NCBI GenBank assembly: GCA_028534125.1
Contig: CM052816.1
Span: 30,816,001 to 30,880,000, forward strand
Direction of reading: 5' to 3'
Origin: Lama glama
Taxonomy: Eukaryota
DNA length: 64,000 nucleotides
Numbering within the stretch: the stretch's first letter is position 1; the number at the start of each line of letters is the position of its first letter. Under the pieces are notes generated by a model. It ran no database searches, was not told where the DNA came from, and saw only the letters and a program-made list of their open reading frames with translations. The position numbers were made by a program, and so were the translations under genes. This document shows positions 52,523 through 64,000 of the stretch, in pieces.

Positions 52523-55500
52523 AACTACAACCTCCCAAACCCCTCCCACCATCACCATCATGACCACTTCTGAGATTCTCCTGCAGATTTAAGGGCACCT
52601 AGAAACAAAGATTCTGCTCAATGTTGGCGCTACTTAATTTGCATTTTGTATCCATCTGTGACCCTGACATCAAGATCAAACTGCACACAGAAAATCAGAA
52701 ATTGCATTCGTTCAGTCTCTTTTATTAGTCATCAAAATGGTGGTGGTGGGGTAGGTAGGTATATGCATGTGCAGAGGAGAGAAAGAGGAAGAAAGAGGGA
52801 AAGAAAAAGAGAAACTGAAATGTTTGAATACTGGGAAATTTGGTTGTTAGGAGCTTTATGCATTTGCCTGCTAATATAAAAAGCAATAAGGAAATGTGTA
52901 AACTTGGAAAAACAAAATAGAATGGCCTTACTCAGATAAGAGACATCTGTGGAAATCTGGAATGTTAAAAGAAGCTTTTCCAATTGTTGCCTTTGCATTT
53001 TTACAAAAGAATTTGTCTTATTTCTCCCTGAATTTTACTAAGAACTAAGCAATAACATGTATGTAATTTAGCCAGAATAATTTCTCTTTCCATTTCTGTT
53101 AGAGCTTCAAGTCTTTAACAGTCTATTTTCCCCCCTTATGTCACCTCTGTGCTGATTTCTCTCTTTTAAACAAGAACACACCTGATTAAGGAGCAGATGT
53201 CTTGCCCCTGGGTGGCTGGTTTATTTTTACATAACTATGATATTACAGAAAAGAGACTAAGTTTGCTAATGAGATAACTGCACTTTAGTTAAGTAAGTCT
53301 TTGATCGGGTCTTTTCCATTTCTTACAAGCCAAAGTGTCATATTCCATATACAAAACCATAATGCTGCTATTACCAACATCAGCTAGAGTTTTATAGGAA
53401 AAAGCTCTGAGCTCAAACACAGAAATTCTTACCAGCTGATTAACCTTGGAAAGGTCCCTTAACTGCTCCTACTCTGGGGTTCCTAATCTGTGATACACAA
53501 GAGTTTGATAATATTTTTCAGGGTTGCTAAGGAGGGAAGGCTATACTGGGCTGTGGTGGCCATGAAAATAAATTTAAGAGTATTATAGTATTATAATGTT
53601 ATGGCTCAAAATTTCATGGTGTGAGGTAATGATTTCAGCTTGGACTCAAGAAGGGACTGGCTCTTCCCGTCCAAAAGTAGTTAAAAAAAACTCCCTGCTT
53701 TATTCTCCTCAAAACACACAGGGAGAACAATCACTTTAAAGAACCCAATGATAGGATCCATTACTGCATTTATAAAGCAGTGGAGTTGTAGCAATGCAGA
53801 GTTATTCTTACCTCTAAGTTTATTAAATCAGCTGGTAGGAATGTCTTCTAAATGTAGGAAAAAACACTCAAGGTTTAAAGAATGTAAGTCAAATATATAT
53901 GTAAGCCATAATAGAAAAACTATTTAGTATTTGAGTTTTTTTCACAAAGCGAAACAAAACAAACAAACGAACAAAAAACATTGTCCCACAGCAAAAAATG
54001 AAGAAATAATTCAGATACCTTGAGGCTGTATAAACTGTATAAAACACTGATCTGGCCTTTATAAAATGTAAAAGTTGGTTGCAGAATATCAAGTTGGCAA
54101 AAGCCAAGTGCCTATTGTGTTATGAACATACATACAGTGGTCTGAAAGTTGAAACATACTCTCATGTCAAAAAAGAAGAACCTTATTATCAGAGAGCTAA
54201 GAAATATTTTTAATTCCCTAATTATAGTACCTCCAGACATGACCTCCAGTGGCTTCCACTACTGGTAAGAATTGAGAATTAAATTATCATTAGAGAAAAA
54301 AGTCAGCTATCAGTACAAGAGAAGAGGGCCAGGTTGTTATGCATTCTGTTGGCCTGAGGACCAGAGAACTGAGCTAGACACCTCCTCTTCATTCAGCACT
54401 GTACTACCCCTGTCACCTCTTCAGGACAAAAGTGAGGTGTCTAGCCATCATAGGACACCTGTCTGGAAGGGCAGGGATTGAGTACATGGGGTCTTGTACA
54501 ACTGTCCACATTACATGTTATTGATTGAAAATTTCAGTAGGTAAAGTAGCTATTGATTATATTCTTCTTCAAAAGTAAAAGGTTTCAAAGGTAAGAACAA
54601 AATGATTCAAAATATAATTTGGATTTTGCTGAACACAAAGCTTTTAAGAAATATGTTTGAATTAATGAATCTGGGAATTTTCTCCACTCCATGGAAGAAA
54701 TAATTGAGTCAAGGCTAACAGCAAGCAATCTCTTCAAAGAGCACCATGCAGACAAGTGTTAGAGTCTTAGGAATAATGATGCTAAATTACAAAATGATAC
54801 CATGGCCTTATAATCTGTCATCATAGCTTTCCTCTTAAAGGCAAGAGAAGGCATTTAAGTGTGCAAAACAGATAAGATACAAGGTAACACGCTGCCATCC
54901 ATCTGTGAAGGTTTATGCTGGCAGAAGGAAATGGAGCTTGGGAGAACCAGTCCAGGGGTAGACATGCAAAATTGACCAAGACTGATTTTTGGGTGTGATG
55001 TTAAATGATTCAGGGACAGAATAGCAAGATCTTTCTGACAGATATACTACCAAATGTATAAAACTATTCTTGTACTTTTGACACTTGAGCTTCTTCACTG
55101 TGCATTGATAAAACCAAAATGCTTCATCCCATTAAAGATTTGTTCTATGGGGCTTAAACAGTGTTGTGGAAAGAGTTTCTTTACCAGTTTATTTACACTG
55201 TTTTGATAGTGGCACAATCATTTGTGACTTATGAGAATGCACTTTTAAACTAGGCCAGCAAGTTAACCTTTTGTAGTTTTTTTTTTTTTTTTTGCTCTTC
55301 AATAACTTGTATGTACCCTGTTTCCTCAGTTAATTGTAATGTTGGGCCACTGCAGTAATAAAATGGTTATGTATCAAGTAGCTGGGATGCACCACTCTGC
55401 ACTGTTATATTGTAACTGTTTATAACTTTGTAATGCCTTCATAAATGTGATTCATTACACTAATAAACAGGTAAGACAACTGCAGCATCGCGCTGTTTAT

Positions 55501-58276
55501 TTGCCCAAGTAGCTTGGCCTTGATGCTTAGACATGACTTTTACCTCCACCTTGAACAGAACCTCAGAAAGTCTGTGATTTGATTTCACATAGTTATTTTG
55601 GCTTATATTTGTTTTCAATATGTAAAAATCTCATCAAAAATGTACATTATAATAGGATAAGTTAGAATGACTTGTAATTAAAGAAAAATATTCCTTGTGG
55701 GAGAGTCTAAAAATTATTAATAGGTGAGAAAACAGAACCTCCAGTTAAAAGTTTAGAAAAAATAGAAATTATTTAGACTGTGGTCAATAAGACTGATAGC
55801 GAATTACTTGCTTTTCATTAAATAAAGGATGTTAGGAGGGGCCAGAGGAAGACAAGGAGCATTTTTTAACTCCATTTCTGGTGGAGGCAGAACTAAAACT
55901 GGAAAGTAGCTTTTGGTAAGGAAGAGAAAGACATACTTTCTGCTTTCAGTGTTTGTAACTACTTGTACTATTAGAAGCACTGTAAAAAGGGACACTCTGC
56001 AAATACTTGGTGGATATCTTTAAAAAATAAACTTGAGTTTCATTAGTGAAGAATTACCCACCAAACTTTTTTTTCTAAAATAGAGAATAACTGAAAGGTC
56101 TGTGTTTGGCTTCAGCCATCTGTTTTGTGGCAATTCCCAGCTTTACACAATCCTACAAGTTACAAGCTCTGATGTCTCCAATTAGTGCCAATGAGTTTCA
56201 AGTACAGATCCGAAAAAATAAAGCAAGACATCAGAAGTCTCATCTTCACTCACAAAGGAAATTAACTTGCAATGTCTAGTCTAGCCCTGGACAACTGTGA
56301 CTCCTGAGCTATGGCTTTATTCTAGCCCCACTGTTCATGTGTCAAGTGTATGGGATGGTGTGGGGTAGAGACTCACTGGATTTCTTAATTGGTCTGCAGT
56401 CTGGTCTACCTGACGAGGGTCTTGATATTCTACTCTGTTCCATCTCATAATTCAGGATCTGGATCACATTTCTTCCACTCCTAATTGCCAGGTGGGGTCC
56501 TCCCTAATCATATGAACTATTATAAATTCAGCACCAGGTGAGTGACCCCTCTGTTTGTGAAATAACAATGATAAAACTTGCTCTGCATAGGTTTTCTGAG
56601 AACTAAATGAGGTTTTGTGAGATAAGGTATATACAACTTATTTATACATAGCAGATACTCTAATCATTAGTTCTTTCCTTCTTATGCTGCCAAGCACAAT
56701 CACTTACTATAAGCTCTAGCATGCCCTTACCAGTACAACTGACCCCACTTAGTCAATAACAATGGCTAAAATATATACTACAGCCGTCTGAACTTAGATA
56801 TTAGGTCATTTCAGTTACTGTTATAGCTTGCTAATTCCTTCTACTTTTAGCTCTGTGTTCTGAGTTTTCTCAATCACTTCCCTAAGGGCTCAGTGTTGAC
56901 TACAACTGAATCAGGCTGAGCTAAGATAACATTATTCTATGATAATAAAGTATAAAGTTCTGCATCCAATTAGGATGTGAAAGGATGAGCAAGAGCTGCT
57001 TTACACAAGATAATAAAGGAAGTTCTCCAGGCTAAAAAGTAATAAAAGCATTATGTATATGTAGTTGTAAATATATCACAAAAATAGAAAGAAGATGGGG
57101 TGCTGAATGAAATCATACTGTGAGAGGTTTTTACGTTGTGTGAAATGACAGATTATGCTTGTTTAAGCATACATATTCTGATCTATAGAGCAAACTACTA
57201 AAAAATAAATAAAACAAAGACGAACATATAGAACCTTAAAAAATATATAAAATCAAATACTAAAAAATGCACAATTAATGCAAAAGAAAGCAGAAAATGA
57301 GAATCTCAAGAACAAAGAATAACTGGGATAGATAAAAATCAAAGAGCCAGATGATAGACTTAAACCAAATTATACCAATATTTAACATTAAATGTAAATG
57401 GGTCAAATATTCTAATTAGAAAGCAAGCATTTTCAGAATGAAATATTAAGATCAAGCAATCTAGCAAGACCTATCTACATTGTATTTAAGAGAGATACAC
57501 TTAATATATAGACAGGAAGATACAGAGAAGCTAAAAACAAAGTTTGGAATAAGGTGTATTATGACAACATCAATCAAAAGAAAGCAAGTGGCTATATTTA
57601 CATCAGAAAAAAATAGACCTGAGAACAAGAAATATTACCAGAGATAGCAAAGAGCTACTTACAATAGTAAAGTACCAATTTACTAAGGAGTCATGAAAAC
57701 ATTGAATCTGCATGGATCTAATTATAGAGTTTGAAAGTACATAAAGCAAAAATTGACAGCTGTAAATGGAAAAAAAGACAAATGCACAATTATATTTGCA
57801 TATTTTAATACTCTCCTCTAAGTAATTGATAGACTAATAAGACAAAAAGTAAGCGTATAGAAAATATAAATCATAATATCAACCAACTTAATCTAGTTAT
57901 ACTATAAGTATAGCAACTATACTTAGCAGCTACAAAACACACATTAAAGTGCATATACATCAAGATAGACATTATGGCATGTCGCATGTCATTTAATGTC
58001 TCAATACATTTCAAAGAATTGGAATCATAGAACATAACATATCTAAGTAAAACATAAAATTACAAATCAAGAACAAAATATTAACAAAATCCTTACTTAT
58101 TTTAAATTAAGCAACTTGGGTCTACATTGCCTACATATTCTGATAGTTACAGAACGGACAAAAGAAACTAGAAAATACTTTGATGTGAAGAAAAATGAAA
58201 GCACAGCATAAAATTTAGAGGATGTAGCTATAGTGATTTATATTAGAAAATAAAAATCTAAAATAGTGATATAAGC

Positions 58277-58474
58277 CAGAGATTGGCAAACTTTTTCCTT
58301 TAGGAGCTAGAGAATAAATGCTTGAGTCTTATGGACAATAGTCTGTATAGCAACTACTCAACTCTGCCACTGTAACACAAAAGCAGCCATCAACAGTACA
58401 TAAATTTGTGTTCCAATAAAGGTTTATTTACAAAAACAGACATCTGTCCTGTGGATTCTAGTTTGCGGAACATG
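58277..58474. mobile_element. MER58A hAT-Charlie MITE
   Basis: cagagattggcaaacttttt...caactactcaactctgccactgtaacacaaaagcagccat...tgtgttccaataaa...tagtttgc; 8-bp TSD atataagc / atctaagc. Confidence 0.9.
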
Positions 58475-59400
58475 ATCTAAGCTTCCACAAAAAGATGTTA
58501 GGAAAAAAATAAAAGAGCAAAACAAACCCTCAGGAAGTAGAAGAAAAGAAGTAAATATAAGAGTAGGAAACAGACAACTGAGAAAACCAGCAAAGCCAAA
58601 AATAAGTTCTTAATAATATTTAATGTAATTGATAAACCTAGCAAAAATTAAGAAATAAAGAGAGAAAATATACAGTACCAACATCAAGAATAAAAAAAAT
58701 AGCTCATCACTACAGATCCTATAGTCATTAAAAGAAAAATAAATATTAGCAATACTTTCATAGCATAAATTAACAATGTAGAAGACATGAAATTGTTGTT
58801 GACCTTAAGAAAAAAGAATTTATAAAATAAACATATAAGAGGTAGAAATGAATTGAACTTGTAATTGAAAGGCGTCTTACAAAAATAATTATGGGCAGAT
58901 AGATGGGCATAGTATTTCCCATGATTACTGTTAAACATACAAATTAAAAATAATGCCAGTATTACACAAACATCTTTAGAAAATAGAGGATGGAAGTAAA
59001 CACTATTCAACTAATTTTATGAAGTTGGAATAATCCTAAAACCAAAGCATGACAAGGACACTTCAGGGAAAAAAATATATAAATCAATATTCCTCATGAA
59101 AAAAATTCCTTACTAAGTCTAAACAAATTAAGTTCAGAAATATACAAAACAAGATAATAAATCATGGACAGTGGAGTGTATCCAGGAAGGCAAACTTGAT
59201 TTTATAGTTAAATATTAATAAATGTAATTTATCACATTTTAGAATAAAGGAGAGAAATTGTGTTATAATCTCAATAGGTATAGAAAAAGTAATTTGACAA
59301 AATTCAGCATCTATTTATAATAAAATCACTAAGCCATCTAGCCAAAGAAGGAAACTTTCTGAAGGTGCTAATGGGTACCTAGCAAAAACTTACAGCTAAC

Positions 59401-59469
59401 TTTTTTTTTAATTGAAGTATGGTCTATTTAAAATGTTGTGTTAGTTTCTGGTGTACAACACAGTGATTC
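59401..59469 (-). mobile_element. Very short 5'-truncated young L1 3' end
   Basis: T tract followed by aattgaagtatggtctatttaaaatgttgtgttagtttctggtgtacaacacagtgattc; flanks cagctaac / cagcttaac. Confidence 0.8.
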
Positions 59470-60070
59470 CAGCTTAACATTTGATAGAGTTCAAAAAGGA
59501 AACAGGTGGACAAGGATTAAACACACACATCTATACACATAGAAAATCTACTTGTGTTAAAATATATGTACAAGGAATTTATTTGAATAAATAAATCTAG
59601 AAAACACAACTAAACACACTGGGAGAAGACTGTAAAAGGGCCTCAGTACACATAAAATATACCATTCAAAACTTGGAAGAAGAGCTTTCTTCTAAAAATA
59701 ATTCATTATTATTCATTACTGAATGGATTTAGAAAGGTATTAGAAGAAAATTCAACATCCATCCCTAAGTTTTAAAAATTATAAGAAACCAACTTGCAAT
59801 AGAAAAAAAAATTTTCTAGAAGAAAAATTTAAAATATGTTCACAATATTGGTATAAACAGATTTCCTGCATAGGGCACAAAAAGCACTAATAATGAAAGG
59901 GAAAAAAAGGATATATTAGACTTCATCAAGATTTTTAAAATTTGCTCATTAAAAGACACAAAATGAAAAGGCAAACTACAGATTAGATGACTTATCTCTT
60001 AAATACATACGTGATAAAAGACTTGTATGTAAGATACAGAAAGACATTTTACAACTCCATATAAAGATAA

Positions 60071-63000
60071 TGTACACATGGCCAACAGGAACATAAAAAG
60101 ATGTTCAATATTACCAATCATCAGGGAAACATGAAATCAAAATCACTGTAAGATACAACTTCACACATGTCTGACGAGAAATAACAAGTGTTGGTGAGAA
60201 TGTGGAGGAAAGGGAGCATTAGTACACTGCTGGTAGGAATGCAAATTGGTGCAACCACTATGGAAAACAGTGAAGGTTCCTCAAAAAATTAAAAACAGAA
60301 CTATCATATGATCTAGCAATTCCACTCCTGGGTATTTATATGAAGAAAATGAGAACATTTATTTGAAAAAAATATGCACTTCAACATTCAATGCAGCATT
60401 ATTTACAATAACCAAGATATTGAAGCTGTAGCATTCACATCATAAGGGTTTCAGAAGAAGAGAGAGAGAAAAGGGTCAAAGCATATTTGATCAAATTAAG
60501 GCTGAAAAATTCCCAGACACACAGAAGAAAACAGATACCTAGATACAGGAAGCACAGAGAGTCCCGAACAAGATGAATCCAGAGAGACTCACATCAACAC
60601 ATATGATAATTGAAATGGCAAAATTTAACCATAATAAGAGAATTTTAAAGGCACCAAGAGAAAAACAGAGTCATATACAAGGGAATCCACATCACACTGT
60701 TGGCTGAATCTCCTGCAGAAACTTTGCAGAACAGAAGGGAGTGGAATAATACACTTAAAGTATTGAAAGGGAAAATCTACAATCCAGGATACTTCACCCA
60801 GCAACATTATCATTAAAAAGTGATGGACAGGTAAAAATCTCAGAAAAACAAAAACCAAAAGAGTTCATCAATACTAATCCAACCTGTAAAGAAATGTTAA
60901 AGGGTCTTCTCTAAGTGGAAAAGAAAAGGCTAGAACAAGAAAAAATGATAAGAAGGCTGGGGTAATTATGCTCACATCAGACAAAGTAGACTTTAAAACA
61001 AAGTCTATAACAAAGGACAAAGAAAGACATTATATAATGATAAATATATTAATGCAAGAAGAAGATATTTAACACATATGTACCTATTGTAGGAGAACCT
61101 AAATAGATAAAACAAATACTAACAGATACAAAAGGAGAAATTGACAATAACAAAATAATAGTAGGGAACTTTAACATCCCACTTAAATTAATGGACAGAT
61201 CATCCAAACAGAAAATTAATAAGGAAACAGTGGTCTTACATGGCACATTAGACCAGTTGGGCTTAACAGTTATCTCAGGATATTCACCCAAGAGCAGTGT
61301 ATTACACATTCTTTACAAGTGCACACAGTAATCTCCAGGATAGATCACATGCTCAGCCACAAAACAAGTCTCAAATTTAAGAGAAAAGAAATCATATCAA
61401 GTGTTTTTTTCTGACCAAAATGGTATGAAATAAGAAATCAACTACAGAAAGAAAAGTGGTAAAAGCATAAACACATAGAGAATAAGCAGCATGCCTCTAA
61501 AAAGCCAAGGAGTCAATGAAGGAGTAAAGACGAAATCAGTAAATACTTTGAGACAACTGAAAATAAAAACACAACTTTGCAAAATCTGTGAGACTCAGGA
61601 AAAAGTTATAAGAGAAAAATTTATAGTGTTATAGGCATACCTCAAGAAATAAAAAAACAATTTCAAATAAACAACCTAAGCTATCTAAAGAAGTTAGAAA
61701 AAGCAAAACAAAGATCAAAGTCAGCAGAAGGAAGAAAATAATGAAGATCAGACAGGAAATAAACAAAATAGAGTTCAAAAAAAGAAAGAAAGGAAAGAAA
61801 AAGAAAAACAGTAGAAAAGATCAATAAAACCAAAGGCTGGGTTTTTGAAAAGATAAACCAAACTGATAAGCTTTTAGTCAGGCTCAGCGAGGAAAAAAGA
61901 ATAAAAGAAAAAAAGGAAGAGCACCCAAATAAAATAAGATGTGAGAGAGAAGAAATAACAGATATTTCAAAGATACACACACAAAAAATCATGTGAGAAT
62001 ACTACGAACAGTTATATGTCAACAAACTGGATAACCTAGAAGAAATGGGTAGATTTACATTAATCCACATTCTTCCAAGACTGCATCAGGAAGACATAGA
62101 CAATCTGAAGAGACAAATCACTAGAAATTAAATTGAACAAGTAATCAAGAAGCTCCCACCAAACAAAAGTCCAAGACCATACAACTTCGCAGTAGAATTC
62201 CACCAAACATAAGAAGAGAATCTCATTCTTCTCAAACTCTCAGAAATTTAGAGAGGAGGGAGTATTCCTAAATCCATTCTACAAGGCCACTATTATATGG
62301 ATATCAAAATCAGACAAAGATCTCCAAAAATATTACAGGCCAATATCTCTGATGAACATTGATGAAAAATGTTCAACAAAATAATAATAGTAAACCAAAT
62401 TCAATAATACATAAAAAGGATCATACACCACAAACAAGTGGGATTTATTCCAAAGTTGGAAAGATGGTTGATTATCCACAAATCAAAGTGTTATATACCA
62501 CATTAATTAATAACAATATGGATTTTTCCTTAAAAACTAAAACTATTATATGATCCAACAATTCCACTCTAGGGTATGTATCTAAAGAAAATGAAAACAT
62601 TAATTTGAAAAGATGCATGAACCCTAATGTTCATAGCAGCATTTTTACAATAGCCAAGATATGGAAGCAATCTAAGTGTCTGTAAATAGAAATATGAGTA
62701 AAGAACATGTGGTATATAAATACACACACACAACGGACTATTACTCAGCCACAAAAAAGAATGAAATTCTGCCATTTGCACTAACATGGATGAACCTAGA
62801 GAATATATGCTTAGTGAAATAAGTCAGAGACAGATAAATACTCTATGTTATTACTTATGTAATCTAAAAAATAAGCTAATTAATAAACATAACAATACAG
62901 AAACAGACTCACAAATACAGAGAACGAACTAGTGGTTACTAGTCAGGAGAGTAAAGGGGAGGGGCAAAATAGGGGCAGGGGCTTAAAAAGTGGAAACTAC

Positions 63001-63160
63001 AATGTATAAAATACTTAAACTACAAGGATATATTGTATAGCATAGGGAATATGTTTTTAATAACTTTCGGTGGAGTATAATCTGTAAAAATACTGAATCA
63101 CTAAACTGTACAACTGAAACTGATGTAATATTATACATTAATTATATTTCAATTAAAAAA
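60071..63160 (+). mobile_element. Younger L1 block: ORF2 C-terminal piece, ORF1, ORF2 endonuclease to RT start, then 3' UTR with A tail
   Basis: ORF1 motifs (gatacaggaagcacagagagtcccgaacaagatgaatcc), endonuclease motifs (aaaataatagtagggaactttaacatcccact; ggatagatcacatgct) and 3' UTR at 62760-63160. Confidence 0.92.
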
Positions 63161-64000
63161 ATCTGTCAAGTAATGGGCAAAACATTTGAAAAGACACTTA
63201 AAAAAGTAGATCTGTGGGGTAGAAGTAGGTGTCACAGTAAGGAAGATCTATAAAATAAAACTAATAAAAATGAGGAAATGACTGAAACTAGGGGAGAAGG
63301 CAAAAGTTGAGAAGGTTAAAATATACGAATTTCTGGATCTTCTGATTCTCAAGTCAAAGGAAGCTATTTAAAGTTAGTAAATTAAAAAAAAAGTGTGAAA
63401 ATTTTTCCTAAAGTAGAAAAATAGGCTCCAGAATACTTAAAACATGCAATAAACTTTCAAAATTATGTGCACAATCATGTACAGACACAACATAAAAAGT
63501 GTAAGTTCATATTACAAAGAAAGAACATCAAATCAATGAAGCTTCAAAAAACAAAATATGTAACATAAGAAAGTAGAATTCAGATCAATGACATGAATCA
63601 TTTAACAGATAAGTGTTAAAACTCAAACCTTTAATTTATTGAAAAAAATACTCTCAGAAGTGATCCATGAGATAAATAATTGAATTATTTACAAATAGCA
63701 CGTATTTCAAAGAAAAAGATAGGAAAATTGGTAAACTAGAAAGGCAGGTGAAATATGTTTAGGCCCTTGTATACTAACAAATAAGAAAATTAAGAATCCC
63801 AAGAGGAAAACTGATCAAGGTTTAGTTCCTCAGTGAAAACCATAAACAATCAAAAGCAGACAGACCAACTTAGTTTCATTACTGAAGGCATTTCCATTTC
63901 AAGAGCCACATCGTTCTTTTTAGTTACTGTGAAGACTGTCACACTGTGTAAAGCATTAACCTCTAGAGCCAAATCCTAACTCCTCCCTTTCTTACTATGA

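Larger units (their letters stand above)
56950..60070 (+). mobile_element. Old decayed L1 (ORF1 end through ORF2), resuming at ~63161-63212
   Basis: ORF2 start motif taacattaaatgtaaatggg (TLNVNG) near 57385; atttgacaaaattcagcat (RT); agacttcatcaagatttttaaaatttgctcattaaaagacac. Confidence 0.85.

Noticed and set aside
54270..54500. Possible old LTR fragment
   Set aside because: LTR-like composition, but I could not match termini or a family.
1..64000. ORF-track entries as real genes
   Set aside because: All are 60-123 aa, many begin at non-ATG codons, and those I recognise are L1 remnants or antisense reads of A-rich repeats.

Overview
AT-rich, repeat-dense mammalian genomic DNA, most likely camelid (inferred from two tRNA-derived SINEs resembling Vic-1 and cetartiodactyl-type L1 3' ends). 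I recognise no protein-coding exon. The supplied ORFs are chance frames, decayed L1 ORF2 pieces or antisense reads of repeats. The window holds old and young LINE-1 fragments (mostly + strand), L2, MIR, MLT1/MLT2 LTRs, one ERV1-like solo LTR, MER58A and a 3'-truncated, tailless 7SK retrocopy with a clear target-site duplication (TSD). The most unusual structure is a ~0.7 kb composite retro-insertion at 46718-47424. One 14-bp TSD at a TT/AAAA site encloses an oppositely oriented L1 piece, an unidentified polyadenylated sequence, an internal A13 tract, an old L1MC-like segment and a second A tail. The unidentified sequence recurs in a longer polyadenylated copy near 6.6-7 kb. Weaker signals are splice-site sets suggesting a minus-strand non-coding transcript and a promoter-like patch near 39.5 kb. 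Repeat names come from recalled consensus sequences, and boundaries without a TSD are approximate.
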